From Callorhinchus milii (lineage: Eukaryota): a stretch of DNA of 64,000 bases. How positions within the stretch are numbered: position 1 is the stretch's first letter; the number at the start of each line of letters is the position of its first letter. A model generated the notes under the pieces. That model did no database searches and was not told the DNA's origin. It worked only from the letters and a program-made list of their open reading frames with translations. This document shows positions 24,790 through 37,109 of this stretch, piece after piece. Both the position numbers and the translations under genes were made by a program. The stretch lies in NCBI RefSeq assembly GCF_018977255.1, contig NW_024704742.1, forward strand, positions 95,606,001 through 95,670,000, written 5' to 3'.

Positions 24790-27700
24790 TACCAGAGCCA
24801 ACCAGAGCCCGGCTGCTGTGTGACGTCACCTCCGCCCACCACCTTTGAATCTCTCAGCCTGGACTGACATTGTCCGCTCTCCCATGATGACTCTCACCAA
24901 TGGGCTAACCATGCCTCGCTGACCCCACCACACCCGCCGCTTGGTTTTAGTCTCGGTGAGCGCATTTTGGCTGCTGCCACTGACCCGAGCTGCCTCCCCA
25001 TAATGCCCCACCCCTATCCTCTACCCTCACTTATTCCCGCTCGGTCCTCCTCTCCCACAACCCTCCCCGACTCCTATCACTGCTCAACCGTCCCACTGCC
25101 TCTCTCTGCTCCAGCCTGCGAATCCTCCATCGGACCCACCATGGGAGTCGCCGCTGGCCGTCTAACAGCAGCTACTCTGACTGCCCTATCCCCTACTCCC
25201 AGTGCAAGGCTCACTAGTCCCCAACCACAGGGGCCAACCTCTCCTCCCTGATCCACATTTCTACCCCTCCCTTCCCCACCTTGCCCCCCACTTTCCGCCA
25301 CCAACTGTCCCTCCGCATCGGTCTACAAAACATACGTTTTCAGTGCTTTGGGACATCCTCCCGACGTGAAAGGCGCTCTATAAATGTAATTTTGTTGTTG
25401 TTATTGTTCCCACTCCAGCAAAACATTCACCATCCAACACTTCATCATCGATGAACACATTGACATCCTCGCCCTCACTGAAACCTGGATCACTCCAGAC
25501 GACACCTTTCCCCTGATAGAGGCCACACCACCCGGCTGCACCTTCCATCACACCCCACGACCTAACCGCCATGGTGATGGTGTGGCTCTCATCTCCCGGT
25601 TCCTGCTCAGCCTATCCTCTTACTCCTCTGGAACTTTCCCCTGCTTTGAGCACCTTACCCTTTATCTCCCCTCCAACCTTTGCCTCAAAATTATTATTTA
25701 CGCTTCCTCCAATCCCTCCCCCACCTTCATCCCTGACATTTCCACTCTCCTATCTTCCCTCTCCCTTTGCTCTGAATGCCTCCTCATCCTTGGCGATTTC
25801 AATCTTCACTTCACCCCCTACTGTTCTACCTCTGCTGACTTTTCCTCTCTTATCTCCTTCCTCAATCTCTCTCTCCACATCCACTCCACCACCCACGTCC
25901 GTGGCCATCCCCTTGACCTGGTGATCACTCGGGGCTTCACCATCTCGGACCTCACCATCATGGACAAAGTGAGCTCGGACCATCACTTCATCTCCCTTAA
26001 CTCCTCAATCCCTCTCCCCACTGCCACCCAAACCACCTCCATCTCATTCCACCACTGGAAACAAATCTCCACCCCCTCCCTCTCGGCTGCCTTGGAGTCA
26101 TCTGAAATCTTTCTCCTCTGCACACCTTCTTGCAATGACCTATCCTCCTCGGTCACCCTTCTCCACAGCTTTGTCTCCTCCACTCTCGATTCTCTCACTC
26201 CCCTCTCTTCCAGAGCCATCTCTTATTCACGCAATTCACCTTGGTACACCAGCCACCTCTGCTCCCTTAAAGCACAGATGCGTGCTGCGGAATGCACTTG
26301 GATTAAATCAAACCTAACTGTCCATCGGCAGATTTGGCTGGACCATGTCAAATCCTGCCACTCTGCCCTCGCCGCTGCTAAATCGTCGTTCTACTCCAAG
26401 ATAATCTTAGAGGCTAAGGACAACCCCAGGCTCCTCTTCTCCATCATAACCAGCTCCTACACCCACCCTCTCACACCTCACCCATCCTCACCTCAAACGC
26501 CAACTGCGAGGCGATGGTGGACTTCCTTGAATCCAAAATTGAGGGAATCTGCTCAGCTGCCTCTGCCACTGCATCTGCTGCCCCCTCCCCATCTCCTCCT
26601 TCCACCCCGGCCCCTACCCATTCCTCCCTCCATATCTTTGAACCTGTCTCCCCCTCCTCTCTCATCACCACCATAACCTGTATGAAATCTACCATCTGCT
26701 CCCTCGACCCCATCCCTATGCCCCTCCTTACCTCTCAGCACCACCTCCTTGCCCCTTTACTCACTGTCATCGTTAACCATTCCCTGTCCTCTGGTACTGT
26801 TCTCACCCTATTAAAAAACATTGTCATCACGCCTATCAAAAAAAAACTCACTGGACCCTTCTCTACTCCGTAACTACCAAGCCATCTCCAATCTCCCCTT
26901 CCTCCCCAAGGTTCTGGAACCAGTTGTTGCTTCTCAGCTTCGCTCCTTCCACTCCCTTCTTGAACCCCTCCAATCGGGTTTCCGTGCCGCCCACAGCTCA
27001 GAAACCATCCTGGTCAAAGTGACAAATGACATTCTGTTCATCTGCGACCAGGGCTCCCTCTGCCTCCTCGTCTTCCTTGACCTCTCTGCTGCTTTTGACA
27101 CCGTTGACCACTCTATCCTCATCCACCACCTCTCCTCTCAATTCAACCTCCACGGCGCTGTCCTTGATTGGTTCAGATTGTACCTCTCACACCGCCTGCA
27201 CTTCACCTTCTCAAACGGTTTCTCCTCTAGACCCCAGACTGTCGGGTGTGGCGTTCCTCAGGACTCTGCCCTTGGTCCCCTCCTCTTCGACCTCTATATG
27301 CTCCCTCTTGGTGGCATCATCCACAGACATGGGGTTAACTTCCGCGGATGACACCCAACTCTACCTCTCTGTCTCCACCCTTGACTCCAGGACCACTGTT
27401 GTGCTGACAGACTTCAAGTCCTGGATGAAAGCTAACTTTCTTCAGTTGAACGTCCTGATTGGCTCCCGTCAGCGCCTCCTCACCTCTGGCGCTGACAGCA
27501 TCACCATCCATGGTTGCACACTCCACCTTACTAAGCCAGTCTGTAACGTTGGGATCTTGTTTGACCCTCAACTATCCTTTCTGCGCACATCTGCGCCATC
27601 ACCTGCTCTGCTTTCCCCCACCTCCACAACCTCAACTGGCTCCGACACTGTCTCACAGCACAGGCCGCCGAAACCCTCATACATGCTTTCATTACATCGA

Positions 27701-28210
27701 GGCTTGGCTATTCCAACTCATTGCTTGTCGGCCTCTCTAACTCCTCCCTCCACAGGCTGCAGATCTTCCAGAACTGTGCAACCTTTGTCCTCTCCGCACT
27801 AGGCTCCATGACCCTATCATCCCCATCCTTGCTCAACTCCACTGGCTTTCCATCACACAGAGGATACAGTTAAAGATCCTGGTCCTCACCTTCAAAGCCC
27901 TCCACGGTCTTGCTCCCCCCTACCTTTGCGACCTCCTAACCCCCTACCATCCTTTCACTCCCTCCACTCAGTGGGCTCCGGCCTGCTTCACGTCCCCCGC
28001 CTCGCTTGCCCCACTATTGGCAAGCGGGCCTTCCGCCACTCATCCCCCACCCTCTGGACCTCCATGCCGCAGTCCCTCTCCCTCGCCCACCCTCCCCCAC
28101 CCTGATCCCCAGCTCGGGTCTGTAACTCTGTCTGTCCAGCCCCTTGGGACATCCTCCTGACGTGAAAGGCATTATACAAATGTAATTTTGTTGTTGCTGT
28201 TGTTGTTGTT
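24790..28210 (+). mobile_element. Near-full-length L2 LINE, decayed (APE endonuclease plus RT)
   Basis: APE motifs IGLQNIRS, ILALTETW, LILGDFNLH, THVRGHPLDLV, SDH; RT motifs LDLSAAFDTVDH, GVPQ, ADDTQLY; several frameshifts; stem-loop and (TTG)n tail. The 5' boundary is approximate. Confidence 0.9.
25339..25408 (+). mobile_element. 70-bp L2 3' tail inserted into the L2 endonuclease domain
   Basis: Removing it restores ...QNIRSHSSKTFTIQHFIIDEHIDILALTETW; the insert is the stem-loop plus (TTG)n. Confidence 0.85.
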
Positions 28211-29105
28211 TACCTATCTTCACATCATATCTGAATATTTTCCTCTTCAATGTTTCTATGGTTACCTCCTCTTTCTCCCTGATTTGGCGTCACACTACGC
28301 CATTGTTAAGCGCTCCAAGATGCTACAATGAGTGAAGGGTGCTATGTAAATGCAAGATATTATTGTTGATCTGCAGGTTGTGTATAGTAAAACTATTCCA
28401 GCTTCAGTGGTGGCATTCCATAGGTGAGTAACATACAATCTGAATGTATGGTGGTCAAGGGTAGAGGAATCCACTCTGCTGACTAAGTTTCAGGTAGAAT
28501 GAGACAAATCAGAGGAATGACATCCAGATTTCTTATCTCGTTTATCTTGAAAAGGGTTTGTTCATACAATAGCACCTTTCTGCAGCTAAAGCTTCATGTT
28601 ACTCTGCATGGTAACTGAACCTGTGCCCAGAAGGCTGTATCGCCTCTTTGCATGCGTGGCGTTTCAATGATAAACGTGCACTTAAAGTTACTGAGGTATG
28701 ACTGAAGGTTCATTTGATATCCAGTGGAATGTAGTTGTACTGTGGGGCCCTGGGACACCGCATGAACATAATTTCTAACATCCTGTGAATGCAAACAATA
28801 ACACATTTCATTAGAGCGCTCGGGTGTGAAGCATCCATTAGTGCTGTAAAGGTATTAATGGTGCTATGCTTTAAACTGACATGTGGAGTATGACAGGAAC
28901 TGCAAGGTCTGATGAGAACAGATGACAAGATAAGCGAACGGCTTCATTTGCCTGCAGGTCATGTGATGGCTGGATTTCAAACTGGGAAAGGCTAAAACGT
29001 GGGAGACTATCTGTGAACTGGCTGAGTGAACGAAACACGTCATCGCTAAATTGGGGGCAGCAGCGGAAGCGTTACTTTACTTTACTTAAATAACCGACCC
29101 TTGCC

Positions 29106-29350
29106 CTTCAAGGCCGGTCTCAAGACTTCAAGGCCGGTCTCAAGACTTCAAGGCCGGTCTCAAGACCTTTCTCTTTGACCGTGCCTTCAGCTCCCCTCTC
29201 GACTCTCTACCCCCTCCTCGCTTCCTCCCTTCCCTCCCCTCACCCTGACCATTTCCCCCCTGCTCGGGTCCTGACCCAACTGTACAGCGCCTTGGGACGT
29301 CCTCCCGACGTGAAAGGCGCTCTATAAATGGAATCTTGTTGTTGTTGTTG
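29106..29350 (+). mobile_element. Young L2 3' fragment with a triplicated 20-mer at its 5' junction
   Basis: (CTTCAAGGCCGGTCTCAAGA)x3, then a 3' end nearly identical to the 5498 copy. Confidence 0.93.
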
Positions 29351-30281
29351 ACCACCTATTCCGAGCAGTGAATTACTGTCGGGCTTTCAGTCAGAAACAG
29401 CAAGTAAAGAGATGTGACCTCTTTAACAATGCCCTGAAGCTGATCTCTCACAAAATGTAATGTGCCAAAATTCAGGCATGCATTAGCTTAACCTGCAGAA
29501 GGGAACCAACCTTTCATTTAAGCAAGGTGGGAATCTCCACCTAATACTTCATCCTCAGGGTTTACAATGTGGGATTTATAATGCATTATCACACCCAGGA
29601 GTAAAGCGATTCAGAGCAGGATTCACTTACATTTCTCGCCCAAAGCTGCAATGGACTGAGGGCTGAGGAGATCTCTGCAAGAAACTGTTCTACGGACAAA
29701 GGCAATCACTTCAAAGATCGCATGAAAAATATTTTGCAGGTGGAAAAATTAAAGCAGTACTTCACACTGTGTTCTCCTACAACCTGAAGGCTTTTAAAAG
29801 ACATGCTTAGTTCTGTATTGTTGCTTGATTTATCTCTACTACTCTTCGCAAGCATTGCTGGTGCCTGCACTGTGGTCCTCGGCCCTTTTGCTTTAGGTTC
29901 TCGGCTTAAAAAGCAGCCCATCCTCTGTATAGTTTATAGGAAGAAAAAGAATTTGTTTTTTTTATAGCACGTTTAACATTAAAACAATAATTACAGTCAT
30001 GTGTAATGATTGCTTTTGTTTTTTATACTTAGAGTATGTCCACGACAATCCATGTCAATCCACGACATAATTGCTGTGCACGATTGGCTGCTGCGTTTCA
30101 CCCGCAAAATATAGAGTCAATTGACTTCACAGTATATTCCATGAAGTGCTTTGAGATGTCTTGAAGATGTGATAAGGCGCTATATCAAATGCAATGATTA
30201 TTATTATATTTTATATAAATTATATGGCCGTTGGATCAGACGGTAAAGCAAGGTCCTGTCTACCTGTTCAGGCAAATGTTA

Positions 30282-30570
30282 AACAACAACAACAACAAAT
30301 TACACTTGTATAACGTTCTTTGTGTTGGAATATCCCAGGGCGCTGGACAATCAGGGCTTTTGGACCTGAGCTGGGAGTTGGGGTCAGAAGGGAAGGAGGG
30401 CAGAGGGTTCGGGTGGGAGGGTGGCCTAAGGCATGGTTGAAGATAAAGGTCTTCAGACAGAACTTGAAGGAGGCAACAGAGGGATGAGGCGGAGGGATTG
30501 CAGGATTGATCCAGAGTGTGGGGGCAGAGATGCTGAATGCCCGATTGTGATTGTCAATGGTGGCGCCAAA
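30282..30570 (-). mobile_element. L2 3' fragment
   Basis: (TTG)n tail and decayed 3' coding end on the - strand. Confidence 0.75.
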
Positions 30571-30621
30571 GATTCCACAGTACTATTTGAAACAAGAAGG
30601 GAATTTCTCTTGGTGTCCTTG

Positions 30622-31060
30622 GCTTAGTCTCTGACACATGTGGAAACTCTTCACCATGCTTAAGAGTGCCAAACCAGACTGAGAATTTCACATATGAAAA
30701 TTTCACATATGCCACCCACATGTTAAAATTTCCCCCAAATCTGGAATGCACTCTATCCCCAGAAGGACACACCCTACTTAACTAATCCTGGAGAGTATTA
30801 AGCGCATATTGGCAAATCTAACCGGCTAAAACCACATAGCTTGCCATTGATATCACTGTCTGGCAAACATTTCTGTTGCTTGTCCAGCTAGGAACATCCT
30901 ACCAGTTTGGAGCTTTTGCTTGCAGGGTTAACAGGAGCTGAGTGGAAAGAATCTCTGCTCCCAGTGACAAATCCTACTGTGTCAGGCTGGCTGATCTGTC
31001 ATCAGCAGTTCTGTGGTACTGCAACACCTCAGAAACCTCCTGGCTCAGGAACTGGCTACC
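30622..31060 (-). repeat. Family X repeat
   Basis: Reverse complement reads CTGCTGATGACAG...TTCCACTCAGCTCCTGTTAACCCTG...ACTCTTAAGCATGGTGAAGAGTTTCCACATGTGTCAGA. Confidence 0.8.
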
Positions 31061-32860
31061 GAGACTGAGATTGCAATAGAGGAATGACTTAATTATGAAT
31101 AGTCAGTCCTACAGTCAGTACACATTAAACCAAATAGAAGTACCAAGCCACTATTTTCAAGGTCAAACAGTCACTACTATCCACTCATATTGGACAAGCC
31201 AATGTAATTAAGAACTGATCTAACAAATGGAAAAGGATGAATTGTAGAAGCTTAATTTATGTACAGAAAAGAATGAATACTGGAGGAAAAACAAAATCTA
31301 TAGAATCTCAAATGAATACAACAATAAGAACAACTTGCACAGCAACAACAACAAAGTACATTTGTATAGCGCCTTTCATGTCGGGAAGACACCCGAGGTT
31401 AGTAAGGTAGAAAATAGTGAGGCAGGGTGGGAGGGAGATGACTGAAGGAAGACCGATTTGTTATTGTTATTATTATTATTTCAATTGTATGAACTTCTGA
31501 AGGCAAAACCCACAAGTGATGAAGAAGTTTCATTTGCCAAAACGCTGTTGGGAAATACGATAAGCAATTCACCGAACAAATACCATCACTCAGGGTGTAA
31601 GGGGACTTTCAGTGCCCTGTTGCGATGGCTTCAGTCTCGACAATGATAAACTCATTCACCATTTAATTGGGCTCTGTGGAAGTGGTTGTCATTTTGAAGG
31701 TCTTGGAAGATCAAACATTTGTCGTGGGTTCAACAGAACCTACTTATTATCCCACACTTTCACTGTAATCTGCTTATTACCATAACCTTTTAAACCATCA
31801 AACCACTTTTTATTCATTTCAGTCAGTTTTGTAGCATAATGGAGGTCATTATATGTCAGATTTAATTTCTGGGTTACAGCAGCTGACCGGAGCTGGAGTT
31901 GAACTTTTGCGATGTTCTGTGGTGAAGCCAGACATGAATTCTCCAACCTCTTCTGTGGTTTAATTTTTCAGGCCCTTTCTGGATCTTGCTGTAATCTGGA
32001 AATTGCCCGTGTCTCATTATTTCTTGCTCATTACCTTCTTGTCTGCATCTTGTTGGCATTGTGCAACCTTACCCTCCTCTCCGTGACTGCTTTGTCTTAT
32101 ACAATCTGAAAACTGCGCACCACATTGCGAGAATGGTCAAATGATGTACAAAAGGCACATGATATAGAAACCTTTGGTGACAGGATTAAGTTGGAAATAT
32201 TATTCAGTCAAACACCTGAATTCTAACAAATGGGGCACTCCTTGTTTCAAAGCTTCATTGTGTCTGCTCAGGATGCTGGCTGTTTATTTTAATTCATAGT
32301 AATAACATTTGCATTTGATTTTAGATTTGTGACAGTGAACCGTATCAAAATGCTTCACAGCTAATTGCTGTCAAATATAGCAACTGTATATTTGAGGACA
32401 AATAGGGCAGCAAATTTTACTGCGAAAATGTTACTGTTGGCTTGGTGCTGAAGGAAGCATTTTGTGAAGTAAATTGCATTTCGTCCTGTACTTGACTAAC
32501 TGTTGATATTTCTGTTCTGACCCCTAGGAATTGCTCTGCACTAAGTAGTTTATGTTGCACAGTTCTTTGTTTGTTTGTGAGACAGCAATAACGCTGTTTA
32601 TGTCATGAGAAGCAAGTTCGGCCAAAAAACACACGCAGTTATTGCACTTTACATCATGTCCTGTGAAGCACTTTGGGACACCCTCTCAATTTGAAAGATG
32701 CTAAACCAAATGTAAGGATTATTATTATTTTAATGGTGGTGAAGCACAGATAATGCTATTGCTTTCCTGAAGAGTGTTTCTCAACCCCAAAAAGTATCAA
32801 GACAAGGGCTGGTGTTCTTTAATGCAGCGTTGGTACTGAGAGAGAATTGTGTAGTTATTA

Positions 32861-33132
32861 CAGTAAAATTGTGAAACCAGAGATTTTGCGAAATTCCTGA
32901 AATTTTCAGGAAAATGCTGAAATTACAGGATATTCGGTAAAGCACTTTGAGACGTCCAAACGACATGATAAGGCGCTATATCAAATGCAAGGATTATTAA
33001 AATCATTATTATGTGATGAAATTATCACTTTTTCAAGAAATCCCTGACTCCTAATTTGAGTGATTTCATGGTTTCACAATTTTACTGAAATTTTAGAGAA
33101 TTTGCAAAATCCCTGGTTTCACAACTTTACTG
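32861..33132. mobile_element. Tc1/mariner-type MITE carrying an inserted SINE tail
   Basis: TA|CAGTAAAATTGTGAAACCAGAGATTTTGC ... GCAAAATCCCTGGTTTCACAACTTTACTG|TA: imperfect terminal inverted repeats of ~50 bp with TA on both sides; SINE tail at ~32925-33000. Confidence 0.7.
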
Positions 33133-33279
33133 TAACATAGTAATGTGAAACAGGACAGCTGTATTTATATATCTCAGTCCACGTTGTTTCTGGGCAGCAA
33201 AGAGACAAACACACCATGTTAGAGTTCTCCTCGCATGGTGCTTGGCAATTCACTGCTGTACATGCAACTTATGATCAGT

Positions 33280-33655
33280 CACTGGATGCAGGGAGTCATC
33301 CTACTCAACTCCTGTTAACCCAGTAAGCCAAAGCGCTAAAGGATAGAGAGGTCCTAGCTGGACAAGCAGCGAGAAAGCTTGCCAGACAGCGATATCAATG
33401 ACAGGTTTTAGCTGGTTAGACTCCAACGCACACTCTGGGGTTCCCAAGCCTTGGCTCTAGACAACCTGCACCTAATACTTTCTGGAATTAGGTAAGCAGA
33501 ATGTTTTCCCCAGGGAGAGAGTACACATTCCGTTCCAACAATCTATCTCTGGGATTTCCATGTATAGGTGGGATGCATGGAATTCTCTGTTTTGTTTGGA
33601 TACTCTTAAGTATGGTGATGGGTTTCCGCATGTGTCAGACACCCAGCTGACCATC
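33280..33655 (+). repeat. Family X repeat
   Basis: Collinear with 51345-51680 and ends in the conserved 3' block (33598-33650). Confidence 0.85.
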
Positions 33656-33779
33656 CAACAAAATTATTGAGGTCTCCTAAAGTTTCAGTACTGTATGGTA
33701 CTGAACTGTGTTGTACCGTAAGGTAATATAGCATAGTACTGCAAGGATTGTCATAGCCTTAAAAACAGAACCAAGCATT

Positions 33780-34015
33780 AGAACTGAGGTCAGGATACAT
33801 TTCTTCTCACAAAAGGTCATGAGGATGTGGAATGCTCTACCCCAGAAAGCTGTAGAGGCAGAATTAGTAGGGATATTTAAAAGAGAGATACTTGAAAAGT
33901 AGAAATTATAAAGTGGTACGTGATGGGAGAGGACACTGGGACTAAATGATTTATCGAGATCTAATAAACTGATGGAACTGGCTTGTTGGACTGAGCGAGC
34001 TCCCCCTATTCCTGT
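33780..34015 (+). mobile_element. CR1 3' fragment
   Basis: Translates to RTEVRIHFFSQKVMRMWNALPQKAVEA, the typical CR1 ORF2 end. Confidence 0.75.
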
Positions 34016-35777
34016 TTTTATTTATTCCTCAGTGAAGCCTCTAGTTTTTAGGCTGAGCAGTAAGTCTTGCCTCTTCATAATTGATTTTTGATAGGTGTGA
34101 TGAGAGCCCGATGTGGCATTCAATAATAAGGAGTTCTTTGTTTTCTTTAAAGATTATAGCCAATTGTGCAGTGTGTTACAGTGTTCAGGTGCAATCTCTA
34201 ATTTCTGTCCAGACAGAAAGCTCGCAACAATCCAGGAACCATCTGCTGCTGGGTTCTATCAGCTTTGTGCTGTCTCTCCTGAGAAGGTTTTACATTCTGG
34301 TCACAAAACAAAATGGCAGGAACTTAACTAACACAAGCAGTGTGCATCCAGCATTAGTAGATGGTCTGAGTTCAACCTGCTCCCCTTCCACTGATGGAAA
34401 GTCTTCTGAACACTGGAGGATGGGGCCATGGAATCCCACCAGTTACCCTCTTTAATTCAGTAATGAATTTAACACACATCAACTGTGGTGTTCTCAGCTC
34501 TCTTCCTCCCTCCCTCCCCCCAGCAAAAAAAAATGTATTAATTACTAACTATTCCCAACATGTCAGTTGATGTTAATTCTCCCTCCATTGCAGGAGGAAA
34601 AATGAATAATGTACTTCTTTACACATGCGTGCCATAAGGTTAATCAAGCACTTCTATTGGGTTCGATTGAATTGAAATTGCTAAATGCAGGCTGGCCGTT
34701 TATGCGGAAGAATGCCGCTATCTCCAGCAGTAACATGGTTAGCAAATTTTGTGATCGAATTCCCCAAATTGTGTCTTAATTACTTAGACAGCTGTGCACT
34801 TTACATAACAATGGAGCGTTGCCAAGTTTGACATTTCCCTCCAGCTTTTTTTAAGCTATACATTCATATGCATGAAAGACCTTCCTCCCACCTCCCCTGC
34901 CCCTCCCTCCTTTGCTCCTTCATCACTTGATAGCAAATCATCATTCATTGCTGCCCAAATTTATGGAAGGACATTGCTCCCTGAGGTGTCGTATCCTTTC
35001 AGGTCTGTAACCAAACATGACTGATGGTTCCAGTATAACAGTTGCTTATTACCGTGTTCACTGAGCTATGATTGCTTCAATACTTTATGTTGGCAGATGT
35101 GGTTTTCTCAGAACAACATCCCTGAGACACAGGTCATTGATCAAACCCCTCTGGCTGTTCCATTATTTGCAAATTATTGCTTAATTGCTAAAAGCCAGGG
35201 GCCATCAGAGTGTGGACTTTCTTAGTGATGGAGGGAAAAAATAACCGATGGATTTTCTCAGGCTGAACAAACTCAGAAAGTACCTGTGTAACAAAAGAGT
35301 CAAATGCCCTCAGAGTCTGTGTCAGAAATCCCTCAATCACCATCAAGGCCATCTCTCAACTGACACTGTACTGCCTGACAGGCTTTACCTCAGGGTTAAA
35401 GGAAATTAAGACAGAACCTAGGTCCAAAACTGTTGTATCAAGGGAATTTGGATTTGCCTGGGTTATGAACTCACTTGGGCGTAATTTACGGTACTTAACA
35501 GATTTCATCAATAAGAAATGTGTAATTCTCAAGTATCTAAAACGTAGAACATATTGAAGAATGCTAATGTTTTAGAAAGCTGATCATTATTAATAACTAA
35601 CCAGCTATGCTTGAAACCAATTTCATTTAATCAGTCTTCTCTCTTTCGTCTGGCATTTTTATTTGTCCTTGAAAGGCTTGATCTTTGGTTCTTAAGCATC
35701 TTTATCCCTTAAGATTAAGAAAATGTGTTATTAAACTCTTTAGCATTGCTTGTTCACATATTTGCACACATATCCTT

Positions 35778-35941
35778 TGGGAGAACTCCTGTTGGGAGGA
35801 CTCCTGTTGGGAGGACTCAGTGGGAAGACTCAGTCGGAGGACTCCTGTTGAAAAGCCTCAGTGGGAGGACTCCTGCCGGTGTCTCTATGTCAATCGGTCA
35901 GACAGAAACACAGACAGGCATTTTGTCTTTATTAGTATAGA
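35778..35941 (-). mobile_element. Helitron-like 5' end with minisatellite
   Basis: - strand starts A|TCTATACTAATAAAG, then CTGT-type repeats and a 13/15-bp TGGGAGGACTC(CTGT/AG) tandem array at 35778-35876; no clear CTRR 3' end. Confidence 0.45.
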
Positions 35942-36164
35942 TAATCCTTGCATTTGATATAGCTCTTATCACATTGCCAAAACATCTCAAAGTGTTTCAC
36001 AGAATATATTGTGTATTTTGTGGGTGAAATCAGCAGCCAATTGCGCACAGCAATGTCCCACAAATAGCAATGGAGTAATTACACATTTCTTATTGAAAAG
36101 TCTGTTAATTCCACTATTTCTTACTTACAACATGGTTCATAATAAAATCACTTAGTAACCAATG

Positions 36165-36460
36165 CTAGTCTACCATCCTTCAGATGAAATGTTAAACCAA
36201 AGTCCTGTCTGCCTGTTTAGGTGGACATTAAAGATCTCATGGCACTATTCAAAAAGAGAAGGGGGTTTTTCCCAGTGTCCTGGCCAACAATCCCCAAAAT
36301 AAATTGGTCACTCAGCTGTGGTTGTTTTGGGGACATAATTGTGCTCAACTGGTTGCTGCATTTCTTAATTCACAAAATATACAATTAATCCACTTCCTGT
36401 GAAGCGCTTTGAGACATCTCGATAATATGAGAGGCCCTATATCAATGCAAGTATTATTTT
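36165..36460 (+). mobile_element. Deu-domain SINE, head missing
   Basis: CCATCCTTCAGATGAAATGTTAAACC...ATTAAAGATCTCATGGCACTATTC...GTGTCCTGGCCAAC, then the shared SINE tail. Confidence 0.8.
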
Positions 36461-37109
36461 TTACATCTTGTCATTGCCACAGTCTAATAAAAAGGCCCGA
36501 TAAGCTCAATGGGTTCAATGGTTTATTGCTGCTCCTATGTTAATGATGAAAGGGGACTTCGGGCAATGAGATGCAATGTTGTGGTGTCTGGTTTAGAAGC
36601 TAAAATTCAGGATTAGACTTCACCAAGAACGTGCAAATCCCCTCTAACCCATTGGCCTTGCAGTACACCTCTGTTACAGAATGAAGCTGCAGTTTAATAT
36701 AGTGCAATACACATCCGAGTTTGACAAGAAGAGAGAACATAAATAGTTGAATTCCATTAGGATAAACCCATTCCAAATTGAAAATAAATCCATCCCTGGT
36801 GCAAATAGGACACCAGATTTCTTATGGAAATGCTTCCAGACAGTCAGCCTTGCTTGTGTTAAGGATGAGTGAACAGGCTTGCATCAAATTCAGGCCAAAT
36901 CTGAACTGCTACCAATTCTCCTCGGGCTCAATGACAGGCTAAAGACTTGGCTCAGCTCCAAGCTCTAGTTTGCTTCTGGGAAAACAGATGTGAAACAAAC
37001 GACATAAAATAAGTGTCCACACCTTGCAGAGGTTTTATCAAATGTGTACCATACCAATGTCTAGAGACCCTGAGGTTTCATGACCTGGTTCACACTCAAC
37101 CAGTTTTAA

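Noticed and set aside
33614..33650. C/D-box-like pair GTGATGG...CTGA at the family X 3' end
   Set aside because: Box C is imperfect, the terminal stem is not in kink-turn register, and the interval is too short for a snoRNA.
35778..35876. Short repeats that could be mistaken for a CRISPR array
   Set aside because: The units are directly tandem with no unique spacers, the context is vertebrate, and there are no cas genes.
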